Positions 13,296 through 26,772 are shown, counted from the first letter of the stretch. The stretch is DNA of 64,000 nt from Octopus vulgaris (GCA_951406725.2 OX597824.1:82522001-82586000); one strand, 5' to 3'. Translations and numbers: made by a program. Notes: a model not told the origin generated them from the sequence alone.

Positions 13296-14090
13296 AAAGA
13301 AAGTTTACATTATAATAGTAGAGAAGCTAAAACAGACCTGTCCACCATGTTAACGTAAAAGAATAGTATCTATTTCAAGGGACACAGTAGGTGTGTTTAG
13401 ACCTACTGTGTCCCCTTGAAATAGATACTATTCTTTTACGTTAACATGGTGGACAGGTCAGTTTTAGCTTCTCTACTATTATAATGTAAACCTTTTTGAA
13501 CTCATAATATTCTGTGCGTGTATACCAATATTCTACTTTTTAATAATCCCTTCTGGAAATTATCTTGAGAATGTATAATATATTTGTTGTAATCTTTTGT
13601 GCCCAATTTTTCAATGAACTTGTTAAACTATTTTATGTTCTCAACATGCCCTTGTCACCAAAGAATGTACATATATATGTATTGTAGTACTCTGTGTCAA
13701 CCAATATTCTGTGCGTGTTTAAATATACAGACACAATACCAATACCAATATCCCACAGAACTTTTTAATAATTCCTTCTGGAAACTATCTTAAGCATGTT
13801 ATTGAGAATGATTATTTATGTAGTAATCTTTTGTGCCCAATATCTTAAGGAACTTGTTAAACTTATTTTATGTCCTTAACATGTTCTTGTTTCCAAAGAC
13901 TGTATATATGTAATGTAGCAATTTGTAACAACCAATAATTAACGCAACCAAACTTCTACATGTTACTTTTGACAATCTTTTTCCAAAGTGTGAAACCGGT
14001 AAAGTAAATAAACATCTTTTAAAATTGCATTTTCAAATCTTCTTTCGTATATAATTCCACTCGTGCGGTACCCTACAACTCCACTTTGTT
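13293..14090 (+). mobile_element. PLE 3' fragment with a fold-back hairpin, internal tandem duplication and U3-A8 HHR-like motif
   Basis: Hairpin arms 13303-13392 / 13401-13491; duplicated segment about 13505-13670 / 13703-13905; HHR 13963-14007 ttactt-TTGACAA...GAAA-ccgg-TA-aagtaa; (TA)n on both flanks. Confidence 0.65.
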
Positions 14091-14303
14091 ATATATATAT
14101 ATATATAAAGAGAGAGAGAGAGGGAGTAGTGGTGCAATAAACCACCAATGTTTACTGGAAATAGCAGTTGATATATTTACGACGCAATAGTAAAGCTTCA
14201 GTGTGTATATTTTGGCAAAGACATGTGAGAGCAGCAGACAAAAAATTTTAGAAAATTTACTATTTTTAAATCTCACAACGAGAGATATTTAGCAACAGTA
14301 CTT

Positions 14304-14526
14304 TGGAGTAAAGATTGTTTGCCAACATAACATGGCAGTCCTGGTATAGGACGAATGTTGCTGTAATTTATCTGAATGGAGGTGCTAGATTCCCTTGTTC
14401 AAAAATACAAGGACACAGAACGTGTCATATAGCCAACTGGAGATGATGTCTTCTGGGGCTAAATTACAGCAACATTCATCCTAAACCAGGACTACCATGT
14501 TTTGTTGGCAAACAATATTTACTCCA
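14304..14526. mobile_element. MITE with TIRs of about 67 bp
   Basis: TGGAGTAAAGATTGTTTGCCAACA...GTTGCTGTAATTTA (14304-14370) is inverted at 14460-14526. Confidence 0.75.
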
Positions 14527-14586
14527 TAAGAAATTATGTCTTACCTCAGGGAAGAACATTATAAAAATGGACAACTAGAATCGGAT

Positions 14587-14661
14587 AATCCAGTACCTAG
14601 GTTTCGGACTCTTCAAATACGTTTATCATTGTAAATTTGATTAGTCTTCATCAGCTGGATT
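14587..14661 (-). ncRNA. Canonical-core hammerhead ribozyme motif
   Basis: aatccag-CTGATGA-agact...agtcc-GAAA-cctagg-TA-ctggatt: 7-bp stem I, palindromic stem III ACCTAGGT, GUA cleavage triplet. Confidence 0.8.
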
Positions 14662-14917
14662 TACCTGAACAATATTTCAAATGTTGCAACATATATATAC
14701 AACAAAAGATGTACTCCATCTGGTGAGAGATAGATATTGTTTATTTAAAGGACACAATACATATGTCTTTAAGTGCTACTAATGGTTTCATATGTTGAGA
14801 AATATCTCAAACACATTCATCAGACACAAACCTCATATACCGAACTAAAATAATTTGAATAAGAGAAGAAACGAGAAAGAACTGAGAAGGCAGCATTTTA
14901 TAATTTTTAAAGTGCAA

Positions 14918-14960
<43 letters not shown>

Positions 14961-14992
14961 TGTGTCTATATGTATCATATATATATATCACT

Positions 14993-15025
<33 letters not shown>

Positions 15026-15067
15026 TAGATATATGTATATACATACATACACATATATATATATATG

Positions 15068-15155
<88 letters not shown>

Positions 15156-15199
15156 GTAACATATATGTGTGCTTGTGTGTGTGTGAGAATTTGTGTGTA

Positions 15200-15362
15200 A
15201 GAGGTCTGATCAATAAGTATCCGAACTGTTGACATAGTAACGAAGCTAAAACACGTAGAGTCAAGCCACTTCACACAGGCTGACCATGAACTCTGCCATG
15301 CATGGGCACCAGGTTTTAACGATCTAGCTCACTTCCGCTGTTTACAGCAGTCCATTGGACGG
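15200..15362 (+). mobile_element. Left end of a mariner-type element
   Basis: TIR AGAGGTCTGATCAATAAGTATCCG after TA; reverse complement of the TIR ending at 27364. Confidence 0.65.
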
Positions 15363-15407
15363 TGGGGGGGGGGGCGTTTTGCTCGTATATATGTATGTGT
15401 GTGTGTG

Positions 15408-15452
<45 letters not shown>

Positions 15453-15759
15453 TTGTTTGTTTTTGTTTTTCTAGTTTCAGCTCTTGAGCTGTGGCCATGC
15501 TGGGGCACCGCCATTGTGGTGAAAGAGTACAGCAGGGATCACCACCCCCTGCCGGAGCCTCGTAGAGCTTTTTAGGTGTTTTCGCTCAATAAACACACAC
15601 AACGCCCGGTCTGAGAATCGAAACCGCGATCCTGCGACCGCGAGTCCGCTGCCCTAACCACTAGGCCATTGCGCCTCCACTATATATATATATATTTATA
15701 TTATACACATACGTATCTGTGTATATCTATCTATATGTGTACATACATACATACATACA

Positions 15760-15790
<31 letters not shown>

Positions 15791-16989
15791 CAAGAAAGAG
15801 TAAGACAGAAAGACATGCAGGCACAGAGATAGACATGTAGTGGTTGCTCGTAGAGGTATTGATGGTAACAATAGTCGAGGTTGTTTAAATGGCTGTAATA
15901 TTAGAAATAGAAGTTATCGTAGTGGTGGTGGGGGGGGCAGTGGTGGTGGTGGTGGTGGTGGTGGTAGTAGTGGTGGAGGAGGTGGTGTTGGTGGTGGTGG
16001 TGGAGGTGGTAATGGTGGTGGTGGAGGTGGTAGTGGTGGTGGTGGTGGTAGAGGTGGTTGTGGTGGTTGTGGTGGTGGGGCTAGTGGTGGTGGTGGTGAT
16101 GATCGTCGTCGTAGTGGAGGTGGTGTTCGTGGGGGTCAAGGTGGTCGTGGTGCTGGTGACAGTAGTGGTATGGTGGTAGTGGTGGTGGTGGTGGTGGTGG
16201 TGGTGGTGGTGGTGGTGGTGGTGGTAGTGGTGGTGGTAGAGGTGGTGGTGGTGGTGGTGGTGGTTGTGGTGGTGGGGCTAATGGTGGTGGTGGTGGTGAT
16301 GATCGTCGTCGTAGTGGAGGTGGTGTTCGTGGGGGTCAAGGTGGTCGTGGTGCTGGTGACGGTAGTGGTATGGTGGTGGTGGTGATAGTGGTGGTGGTGG
16401 CGACGGTAATGCTGGGGCTGATATTGATGCTTATAAAGGTGACAGCAATGCTAGCCGTAGCCCTATTAGTTTCCTCAAGACAGGTGCTTTAATAAATAAA
16501 CAAAACAAAAACTATAAACAAAGACGCATGCGCACACAGGCTCACAAACACCAAGAAAACACGAATTTAAAAAAAAAACAAATAAAAAGAAAGGCTATCA
16601 GACGGGATGGTAGCGGGGTGGTATTGAACGTGGTATCTCGTGGAACAGGCTGACTTGACTTTGAGCAAACGTAGTTAAGATAACATTGTTGGTCATTCAT
16701 TAAGCTTGACCTGCTAATTTATTTCTTTACCTTCCAGTACAGGTGTTCCTTCGCATCGTTTATTTGGTTGTGAGGTTTTGGTTAAGAGTGGCGGGTGTGT
16801 GTGAGAGAGAGAGAGAGAAAGAGGGGGACAGAGAGAGAGAGAGAAAGAGAGAGAAAGAAGGGGACACATAGAGAGAGACAAAGAGAGAGAGAGAGGGAAT
16901 GATCCCGTTTTCTTTGATTTTTTGCTATTTTTACCATTTCTGCATAAATTCATTGGCAATTTATAAAGTTACATTTCGTGTTATAAACG

Positions 16990-17027
<38 letters not shown>

Positions 17028-17048
17028 CACACACACACATACATACAT

Positions 17049-17128
<80 letters not shown>

Positions 17129-17135
17129 ATGTATG

Positions 17136-17169
<34 letters not shown>

Positions 17170-17193
17170 TGTATGTACATACATACATACATT

Positions 17194-17227
<34 letters not shown>

Positions 17228-17291
17228 GTTATATATATTTATACATGTATGTATGTATGTATGTATGTATGTATGTGTGTGTGTGTGTATG

Positions 17292-17765
17292 TCATTGTTC
17301 AGTTTTATTTCCAAGATTTCTTGCCAATAGAGAAAGAATCGGTTTCTAAACAAGATCCAAGTCTCCTTCATTGGAATTTCAACATCAGCAACAGGGTATT
17401 TTTGTATGTATGTATGCATGTATGTATGTATGTATGTATGTATGCATGTATGTATGTATGCATGTATGTATGCATGTATGTATGTATATGTGCAGATTTG
17501 TATGTTTTGTTTTATGTATGTATTCTCATGCATATAGTTGCATATCTAGACATACTCATATATAGTTAAATGATAAACTTCTGGAAAGTTTTACAGATGT
17601 TTACAGTTCCAGTGATGGACTGGATCTGTAGTCTTCGAATTAGCTTCCACCTTTCTGGTTTCAGAAGCCTAATTTCTCAAGACTGGTATTTAGGAAGAGT
17701 ATTACATATCCCAGAGCCCCAATAATTACAGGTATAAACTTGTAATCTTAAAGATATCAAAGCTG
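17292..17765 (-). mobile_element. 3' end of an RLE-type (R2/R4/NeSL group) non-LTR retrotransposon
   Basis: Minus strand DYKFIPVIIGALGYV...LEKLGF...LIRRLQIQSITGTVNICKTFQKFII*; the PVIIGALG motif is typical of the RLE C-terminus; 3' UTR ends in (CA)/(CATA)n. Confidence 0.6.
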
Positions 17766-18881
17766 TACACGTATTCTACTTTAGCTCATTCCTTTCTCGA
17801 TCAAATTCCCGTTGCCCAAATAGGTGCACAGTATGCCATAGGTCAGGTATCGAAGTGATCCCAGTGCAACGTGAGACAAAGTGTTTCGCTCAAGAACACG
17901 ACGCAACACTCAGTTCAGGAATTTGAACTACGATCTCGTCGTGCTTCGATGACTGCAAGATGACAGCCGAAGATCGATGGACAATGGCAAAGGGAGATAA
18001 TCCCCTAGGGTTTTACCAAAGCCTTGTTAGTGGATTTCATAGACGGAAACGGAAAGAAGCCCGCCGTATATATATGTATATGTTTTTGTGTCTGTTTGTC
18101 CCCCTACCGATGTTGGTGTGATTAGGTCCCCGTAACCTAGTGGTTCGGCAAGAGAGACCGATAGGATATGTTCTAGGCTTACAAAGAATAAGTCCTGTGG
18201 TCGATCTGTTCGACTAAAGGCAGTGCTCCAGCATGGCCGCAAGCAAATGACTGGAACAAATGAAAGAATAAAAGAATAAAAGAATAAAAGGATTGATTGA
18301 GTCATTATATAAAATCAGCAATTTGAAAGAGGTCATATTTTAAAGAGGTGAGATATTTTTTCATCGACACGAACAAATCCACCTGCTTAAAATCTTATCT
18401 GATGATGGTGGATTGTATATTATAAAGGAACCTTCTGTGAGTGCATGAATTAAATTCTACAGAAACAGTTATAAATTTTACACGCCACATGTGTTTCCCT
18501 TTTATACTTACGCCGCGCCATGGGCCAAACCCTGAGTCGAATATATTATCTATATTGGATTTGATACTTGCATATCTATGGTACCCTACCGTCATTTGAT
18601 GCCTTCAAAGTTGTTTACCTCAATGTGATTTCTATGTTATCGTACCTAGCCATTTGTGACGTCCTACGAGTTGATGTGCCATGATTCTATTGAATCTTTA
18701 TAACTTAATTATATATAAAGATCGAAACAGGTAGTAATAAACAGACGACAACTGAGGAGGAGTTAAACTACCTTTGGCATTTTGTCCTGTACTTATCTCT
18801 CGTTTGTTTACGTATTTAACTACTTGGTTTTCGTATTTCATGTTGTTTACTGTTGGTGACGTCCTGTACCCATATATGCAT

Positions 18882-18940
<59 letters not shown>

Positions 18941-18944
18941 TGTG

Positions 18945-18988
<44 letters not shown>

Positions 18989-19311
18989 CATACATACATA
19001 CATACATACATACATACATACATACATACATACATACATACATACATACATACGTACGTACTTACATATGTATGTATGTATGAATATCGCACATTGTTAC
19101 TTTGCCTCTCTCTCCCTTTCTTTTTCCTTTTCGTCTTCTCTTCTCCCTTTCTTCTCCTTTCCTCTCTGTTTCTTCTTTCTTCCTCCTTCTTTGTCCCCTT
19201 CTCCCTAGCTCTCCTGTCTGACCACCTCTGCCCTGCGTTCTCCACGATTGATCGCTAACCACTAAATCTTTTTTTTTTTTTCATTTTCTCTCTCTGCTTA
19301 TTTCTGTGTTC

Positions 19312-19348
19312 CTTTCTGTCGAAAAGCGCTGGCTCGAAACGTTAAAGA
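19312..19348 (+). ncRNA. Degenerate HHR-like motif (A6U family)
   Basis: cttt-CTGTCGA-A-aagc(gctg)gctc-GAAA-cg-TT-aaag; homologous to 6346 and 26736. Confidence 0.5.
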
Positions 19349-19453
19349 CTTTCTCACTTCCCGAGCGTTAGAGATGGGGATTTATATACATCATTTACAT
19401 TATTTACATTATTTACGTTTGACGGATACTTGTCCTCATCTTGTTTGTTGTTA

Positions 19454-19497
19454 ACACAACGTTTCGGCTGATACACTCTCCAGCCTTCATCAGGTGT
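19454..19497 (-). ncRNA. Canonical-core minimal HHR in a PLE terminal fragment (about 19371-19548)
   Basis: acac-CTGATGA-A-ggctg(10 nt)cagcc-GAAA-cg-TT-gtgt; copies at 30717 and 43329, each next to (AAT)n-type repeats. Confidence 0.75.
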
Positions 19498-19549
19498 CTT
19501 GGGGAAATTTCAAAGCTGGGTTCTCATTCCTAAGGTATTTTTCGATGTA

Positions 19550-19626
<77 letters not shown>

Positions 19627-19689
19627 CATAATCATCATTATTATTATATGTGTATGTATGTATATATGTATACATATATACATATATAC

Positions 19690-19910
19690 TCTTTACTCTT
19701 TTACTCTTTTACTTGTTTCAGTCATTTGACTGCAGCCATGCTGGAGCACCGCCTTTAATCGAGCAACTCGACCCCGGGACTTATTCTTTGTAAGCCTAGT
19801 ACTTATTCTATCGGTCTCTTTTGCCGAACCGCTAAGTGACGGGGACATAAACACACCAGCATCGGTTGTCAAGCAATGCCAGGGGGACAAACACAGACAC
19901 ACAAACACAT

Positions 19911-19947
<37 letters not shown>

Positions 19948-20104
19948 CGACGGGCTTCTTTCAGTTTCCGTCTACCAAATCCACTCACAAGGCTTTGGTC
20001 GGCCCGAGGCTATAGTAGAAGACACTTGCCCAAGGTGCCACACAGTGGGACTGAACCCGGAACCATGTGGTTAGTAAACAAGCTACTTACCACACAGCCA
20101 CTCC
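19690..20104 (-). mobile_element. SINE family A, full length
   Basis: Complete head-to-tail copy with AAAAGAGT tail repeats. Confidence 0.85.
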
Positions 20105-20553
20105 ATACATTCATACAAAATGAAGAAAAGAGACATTAAACCGCGGTATCCAAACCTCGTTTCGGCTAAGTCCCACGTCGTGTGCCTGCAGATCACATTC
20201 ACCATTTATGGCTATCCGGCGTCATTCGCATTACTGCTCTTTTGTCCTTGAATCTACGTCACGAATTCCTAGATTCACATTGAATATATTTCAATTGTTT
20301 TATCAACCACTTCCTCACAACAGGTATAAGCACACGACCCCATTTACATTAGATTCTTAACACATCTGTCTTTGTCTTTGTTTTGTCTTTTTTGTAATTT
20401 CCAGCTATATATATGTGTGTGTGTATATATATATATGCATGTATGTATGTATGTATGTATACATATATATATTGTTATTATTATTATTATTATTATCATC
20501 ATCCTTATTATATATGTGTGTGTGTATGTATACATATATATATATATATATAC

Positions 20554-20637
<84 letters not shown>

Positions 20638-20784
20638 ATATTAAATTAGAGATAAAACCACTATTAGGCAAATCAAACAGTGAAAATCATAAGCCAATAC
20701 ATAGAAATAAAATGAATGAAAAAATATATAAAAAATATAGTTTGGATTTACTCCCTAATATTATTATTATTATTATTATTATTA

Positions 20785-20905
<121 letters not shown>

Positions 20906-21394
20906 TAAGGGTAGAAATTGATATTAATCAATTAAAACCAGTGGCCTAGCATATTTTTAAAATAATCCGAAGATTAAAAATTCTATACATACAAAATTTA
21001 GAGGAATGACCACTGATAGTGGACAGCCTGTATGCTAGATATAGACGTCAAACTCGCCATTTACCACGAAGAATGTATTTTCAAGAAAAAATTCAGCAAA
21101 AATTAAACTTATGGCTGTCCAGCGTCATTCGCATTACTGCGCTTTCGTCCTTGAATCTACGTCACGAATTCCTAGGTGCACATTGTTTTATCAACCACTT
21201 CCTCACAGCAGGTATAAGCACACGTCCCAATTTACATTAGATTCTTTGAACTTAAGTTTTTTATCACCTACTTCCTGACCACAAGTATACTCATTACACC
21301 AATGCGTGTGAACTACTAGCAATACACCGTTACACCACCAGTATCTAACTTGGAGTGAAATATAAATCTTATATTTTTTAAAGCATATTACGTT

Positions 21395-21496
21395 ACCCGA
21401 TGAAGCTTCCTGCACTCTGCAAAGCATCTGATATCATTACATCGTTCCCCACCTACTAGACAGCAGAGCAGAAGGCAGCCGAAACGATTGTAGTGC
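21395..21496 (+). ncRNA. HHR-like motif (U4C core, long stem II) in a TA-flanked fragment
   Basis: CCGATGA-A-gcttcctgcactctgc...gcagagcagaaggcagcc-GAAA-cgattg-TA; stem I is poor. Confidence 0.5.
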
Positions 21497-21826
21497 TAAA
21501 TAAAGCTTCTAGCTAAACTCCGACTACTGTATCAATCATTTAATATATATATATTTTTTCTTAATCACATGTTACCGAGTTCAGTCCCACTTCGAGGCAT
21601 CTTGGATTAATGTCTTCTACTATAGCTTCGGGCCAACCACATTTTTGTCAGTGCATCTGGTGAAACTAAAAGAAGCCCGTCGTGTATAAATATATATATG
21701 TATGTATGTATGCATGTATGTATGCGTGTTTGTATGTTCATGCATGAGTGTGTTTGTGTCTGTTTGTCTCCCCACCATCACGTGACAACTGATGTTGATG
21801 TGTTAACGTTCCCATAACTTATATAT

Positions 21827-21878
<52 letters not shown>

Positions 21879-21914
21879 ATGTGTGTGTATGTGTTTGTGT
21901 GTCTATGTAAATAA

Positions 21915-22021
<107 letters not shown>

Positions 22022-22214
22022 TGTATATATCTCTGTTCAGTCTTGGGAGAGCTGTTTCTGTTATCTGAAGATAAACAAAACCTGCTGAGTTCTATTTTCA
22101 TTTCTTGAAGTGTCAAAATTTTCGTCACCTGACTGTCACAGTTTTGCTGCAACTCACAGATTCCATATGACCGACAGCTCTTGAGGCTCGTCGCCACCTG
22201 AATCGGTTTATGTC

Positions 22215-22261
<47 letters not shown>

Positions 22262-22348
22262 CCTCCCTGCTTCCATTTCCTGAGCGCCTATTAATAATAA
22301 TACTGTAATTGTTCCATTGTTGTTGTTTTTTTGTTTCCCCTTTGGATT

Positions 22349-22390
<42 letters not shown>

Positions 22391-22734
22391 CGGAGATGTA
22401 CTCGCATAGCAAGTAATTTGATCTGAGATCGTGTGCTGAAACGAAAACAATTGCAGCGTGGGAGGTGTTTATAAGCCATTTAAGAAACACACAAAAAGCC
22501 GTTCGATTCACTCCAACATTTAAGTTTAATTTGTCAAAATATTTTCGTCGCTAAAATCCGCGACCTGTTCACTGAGAAAGTCCGTGCTGCATCTAAGAAA
22601 GTAACAGTTAGTTCGTCATATATATGTATGTACGTATGTATGTGTGTATGTATGCATACATGTGTGTATGTATGTACGTATTCATGTCCGCACATACGCC
22701 TGTGTATGCATGTATGTATGTATGTATGTATGTA

Positions 22735-23922
22735 TGTAACATCCACTTGGCTATGTACTCTCGTTACGTCGACGACATTAACCTTGTTGTGAAATGTAAT
22801 ACAGACACAGTTATGGGCCCTCTACCAAGTGAAGAACAGGTGATGACATCTATACAACACATAGCTGACTCTATCCACAGCAGTATAAAACTTACCATAG
22901 ACTACCCCTCTAGACACCCCAGTAAACGATTACCCGTCCTAGATACTGAGCTATGGATGGAAGACGCTATGGTTAATGGTACCATTAAACCATGTATACT
23001 CCACTCACACTATCAGAAACCTATGGCTAATCCACTAGTAATCCGTAGTGACTCAGCTATGTCGGATACTGCCAAACTCAACATCCTAGTGGCAGACTTA
23101 GTTAGAGTAATGAGGAATGTATCACCACTATGCCAACCACAAGAACGACAACAACACATCCAGTACTACATATTCCGAATGCAACGTTCCGGATACACAC
23201 AAGACGATAGAGTCAGGGTGTACAAAGGAGCGAAAGCTAGATTCGAACGCATTCTAGGGAACGACGAAAACGGTATATGCCCCCTGTACCGCAACAAGTT
23301 CTGGAATAGGTTAGAGAGGGACACCAACAAGAAGATGAGAAACGTTACTTGGTACGATAACAGGAGATTTCACGGAGTGATGTTCGTTGACGCCACACCT
23401 ATGAACGAGCTAAGTAAGGCATTCAAGAAAGTCCTGCGCACTACGGGCCTAAAAGTTAAAGTTGTAGAAAAGACAGGTAGGACTATCAAATCGGCATTAT
23501 GCAGATCATATCCATTTGATAGAATCGCCTGTCAGAGTAATTGTGCAGTGTGTTCGACAAATCCACACGTAAATTGTAAAACCAAGGGCACTGTATACCA
23601 GATTAAGTGCCAGGAGGGAGCTTGCGCGGCTAACCCGGAGTCATATATAGGTGAGACCTCTAGAAGCATCAATGATAGGTTCAAAGAACACCTGGACAAC
23701 TACATTGAAAGGAAGCCAAACTCCATCTTCTACCAACATGCTGTAGACTGCCACAAGGGATCCTTAGGGGAGCTTAAGTTGAACATCCTATCTACACATC
23801 CCACCGATGCAATGTTGAGACAGGTCACAGAAGCTGTTTGTATACAAGAATACAAACCTACTCTCAACCGAAAGTCCGAATGGAATAACATCCAGATCCC
23901 ATTCAGAAGGACTATTCTATAA
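22735..23922 (+). CDS. PLE reverse transcriptase C-terminus/thumb plus GIY-YIG endonuclease (5'-truncated, no native start)
   Basis: YSRYVDDI (RT catalytic motif), LPVLDTEL, HYQKP, Cys linker CQSNCAVC, VYQIKC...YIGETSR...RFKEH, CCHH (CQEGAC...HAVDCH), EAVCI...LN; uninterrupted frame. The first 37 aa of the listed ORF are microsatellite from the inverted repeat. Confidence 0.92.
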   Translation, partial: CNIHLAMYSRYVDDINLVVKCNTDTVMGPLPSEEQVMTSIQHIADSIHSSIKLTIDYPSRHPSKRLPVLDTELWMEDAMVNGTIKPCILHSHYQKPMANPLVIRSDSAMSDTAKLNILVADLVRVMRNVSPLCQPQERQQHIQYYIFRMQRSGYTQDDRVRVYKGAKARFERILGNDENGICPLYRNKFWNRLERDTNKKMRNVTWYDNRRFHGVMFVDATPMNELSKAFKKVLRTTGLKVKVVEKTGRTIKSALCRSYPFDRIACQSNCAVCSTNPHVNCKTKGTVYQIKCQEGACAANPESYIGETSRSINDRFKEHLDNYIERKPNSIFYQHAVDCHKGSLGELKLNILSTHPTDAMLRQVTEAVCIQEYKPTLNRKSEWNNIQIPFRRTIL

Positions 23923-24882
23923 CCACCCCTCTCTCTCTCTCCCTTTCACCTGTAGTCCTTACATACAGGTTGCAATGCGTATGTGCAGTTATATACAACG
24001 GTATGAGCAGACGTTGTTTGATACGAACAGTTGCACCTAGGCGTTGTACCCATTCACGGTTAGACGATGATGAGAGGAACAAACACACACCCACACACAC
24101 ATATATATATATGTGTGCGTCTATACAAACATATATGTAAATATGTATACAACCTTCAGCTAAGTAACAGTCATGTACACAACTTGGACGGACACATGCC
24201 AGTACACGGACATACGTTCACATACACATACACATGTACACACTCTCACGGACACATCTGCCCATTCTCCTAGACACTCACATACATACGTAGCACATGA
24301 ATACAAACATACATACATACCTACGTATGGGCATACACACGTACATACGCACGTACATGTACACACACACATACATGGGCACATGCATACGGGCGCGTAT
24401 ACATACATACGCACATGCGTACGTATGTACATACATACATACATACATACATACATACATACATACATACGCACATACATACATACATACGAACAATAGT
24501 AAAACATTAGTTCTGTGATATAGAGATAAAAATCTGATAATAGATTTTAGGGTATAGTTCTTGTGAGCAAGCGTCATAAATTCACTTTCTAGCCTCGGCC
24601 GTAGGGAGTTGAAATTTGATAGCGTTGTGATGAGTGGTCACTCTACATCCATCCATCGCTACAGGTTTATAACTTAATGTTTTATAGAGTGTATGTGCGT
24701 GCTTATACACACACATACATATATACATACATACATACATACATACATACATGCATACACAGGCGTATGTGCGGACATGAATACGTACATACATACACAC
24801 ATGTATGCATACATACACACATACATACATACGTACATATATATGACGAACTAACTGTTACTTTCTTAGATGCAGCACGAAC

Positions 24883-24932
24883 TTTGTCAGTGAACAGGTC
24901 GCGGATTTTAGCGACGAAAATATTTTGACAAA
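24883..24932 (+). ncRNA. Minimal HHR with swapped G3-C8 core in the PLE pseudo-LTR (inverted copy at 22530-22579)
   Basis: tttgtca-GTGAACA-g-gtcgc(ggatttta)gcgac-GAAA-atat-TT-tgacaaa. Confidence 0.7.
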
Positions 24933-25009
24933 TTAAACTTAAATGTTGGAGTGAATCGAACGGCTTTTGTGTGTTTCTTAAATGGCTTATAAACACCTCC
25001 CACGCTGCA

Positions 25010-25249
<240 letters not shown>

Positions 25250-25410
25250 GGTCCCGGATTGAGTCGGGGTTAACCACAGTAAATAAGGTACTCAATACAT
25301 AGCAGAGTAAATTAATTTATTTTATAGAAGGAGCTTCTACAGTACTAGAACTGTTTCATTCAAAAGAAATCATCAGGAAGCTTCCTGATGATTTCTTTTG
25401 AATATATAGT
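25250..25410 (-). mobile_element. PLE terminal fragment ending in a perfect 46-bp palindrome through an HHR core
   Basis: Palindrome 25358-25403; minus strand CTGATGA-tttc(tttt)gaat-GAAA-cag-TTC. Confidence 0.55.
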
Positions 25411-25434
25411 TCTATCTATATATATATCTATAAA

Positions 25435-25494
<60 letters not shown>

Positions 25495-25495
<1 letters not shown>

Positions 25496-25895
25496 GCAGA
25501 CACGTTAGCGCGCCGGACGAAATGCTTAGCGGTATTTTGTCTGCCGTTACGTTCTGAGTTCAAATTCCGCCGAGGTCGACTTTGCCTTTCATCCTTTCGG
25601 GGTCGATTAAATAAGTACCAGTTACGCACTGGGGTCGATATACTCGACTTGATCCGTTTGTCTGTCCTTGTTTGTCCTCTCTGTGTTTGGCCCCTTGTGA
25701 GTAGTAAAGAAATAGGTATTGCGTCTGTCGTTACGTTCTGAGGTCAAATTCCGCCAAGGTCGACTTTGCCTTTCATCTTTTCGGGGTCAATAAATAAAGT
25801 ACCAGTTTCGCACTGGGGTCGATGTAATCGACTTAATCCCTTTGTCTGTCCTTGTTTGTCCCCTCTATGTTTAGCCCCTTCTGGGCAATAAAGAA
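25495..25895 (+). mobile_element. SINE family C, tandem partial dimer
   Basis: B-box-like GAGTTCAAATTCC plus GCCTTTCATCCTTTCGGGGTCGA domain; copies at 27770-28220, 31600-31822, 34520-35540, 42813-43020 and 51121-51237. Confidence 0.8.
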
Positions 25896-26263
25896 ATATA
25901 TATATATATATGTGTGTGAGTTTGTGTGTGTGTGTGTGTAAATATTTTTTTTTCGCCCTTTTCAAGCCTAGCCAGGCTCAGGGGCCTGGTTTTCCGGTTT
26001 CTGTGGCGTATGTGTTCCCCACAGCTGGACGGGACGCCAGTCCATCGCAGCGTTACTCAAGAAAAAGGAAGAGAGAGTGAGATAAAGTTGTGGCGAAAGA
26101 GCACTACAGGGGTCGCCACCGTCCCTACCGGAGACTCGTGGAGCTTTTAGGTGTTTTCGCTCAATAAACACACACAACGCCCGGTCTGGGAATCGAAACC
26201 GCGATCCTCCGATCGCGAGTCACCTGCCCTAACCACTGGACCATTGCGCCTCCACACACACAT

Positions 26264-26304
<41 letters not shown>

Positions 26305-26577
26305 CATATATACATATGTACGATTGGAGAAGCTTGCCCTTGAGTAGCGGTTCTTTCATTCTCTTATCTCAGTCATTAGATTGCTGTCATGCTGGAGCAC
26401 CGCCTTAAAGGCGTTTTAATCGAAGAAATCCGCCCCTATCCAAGACTTATTGTTTGAAAAGCTTAGTACGTATTCTATCGGTTTGTTTTGCCGAACCGCT
26501 AAGCTACGCGGAAGTAAACACACAAACACCGTTTGCCAAGCAGTGATGGGAGGACAAACTCAAAGACACACACACAC

Positions 26578-26649
<72 letters not shown>

Positions 26650-26735
26650 AGAGTTTACGAAAAAAACAAAAGACGAAGACAGGTGGTGTACAAAACAAAC
26701 AGATGTATTAGTATAACGCTCAGGAATAGAAAAAG

Positions 26736-26772
26736 TCTTTTACGTTTCGAGCCTACGCTCTTCTACAGAAAG
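26736..26772 (-). ncRNA. HHR-like motif (A6U family) in fragment about 26647-26836
   Basis: cttt-CTGTAGA-A-gagc(gtag)gctc-GAAA-cg-TA-aaag. Confidence 0.6.

Noticed and set aside
22735-23922. Naiad-type selenoprotein PLE, or a host GIY-YIG gene
   Set aside because: The EN is C-terminal, there is no in-frame TGA or convincing SECIS, and the pLTR structure plus truncation indicate a retroelement.
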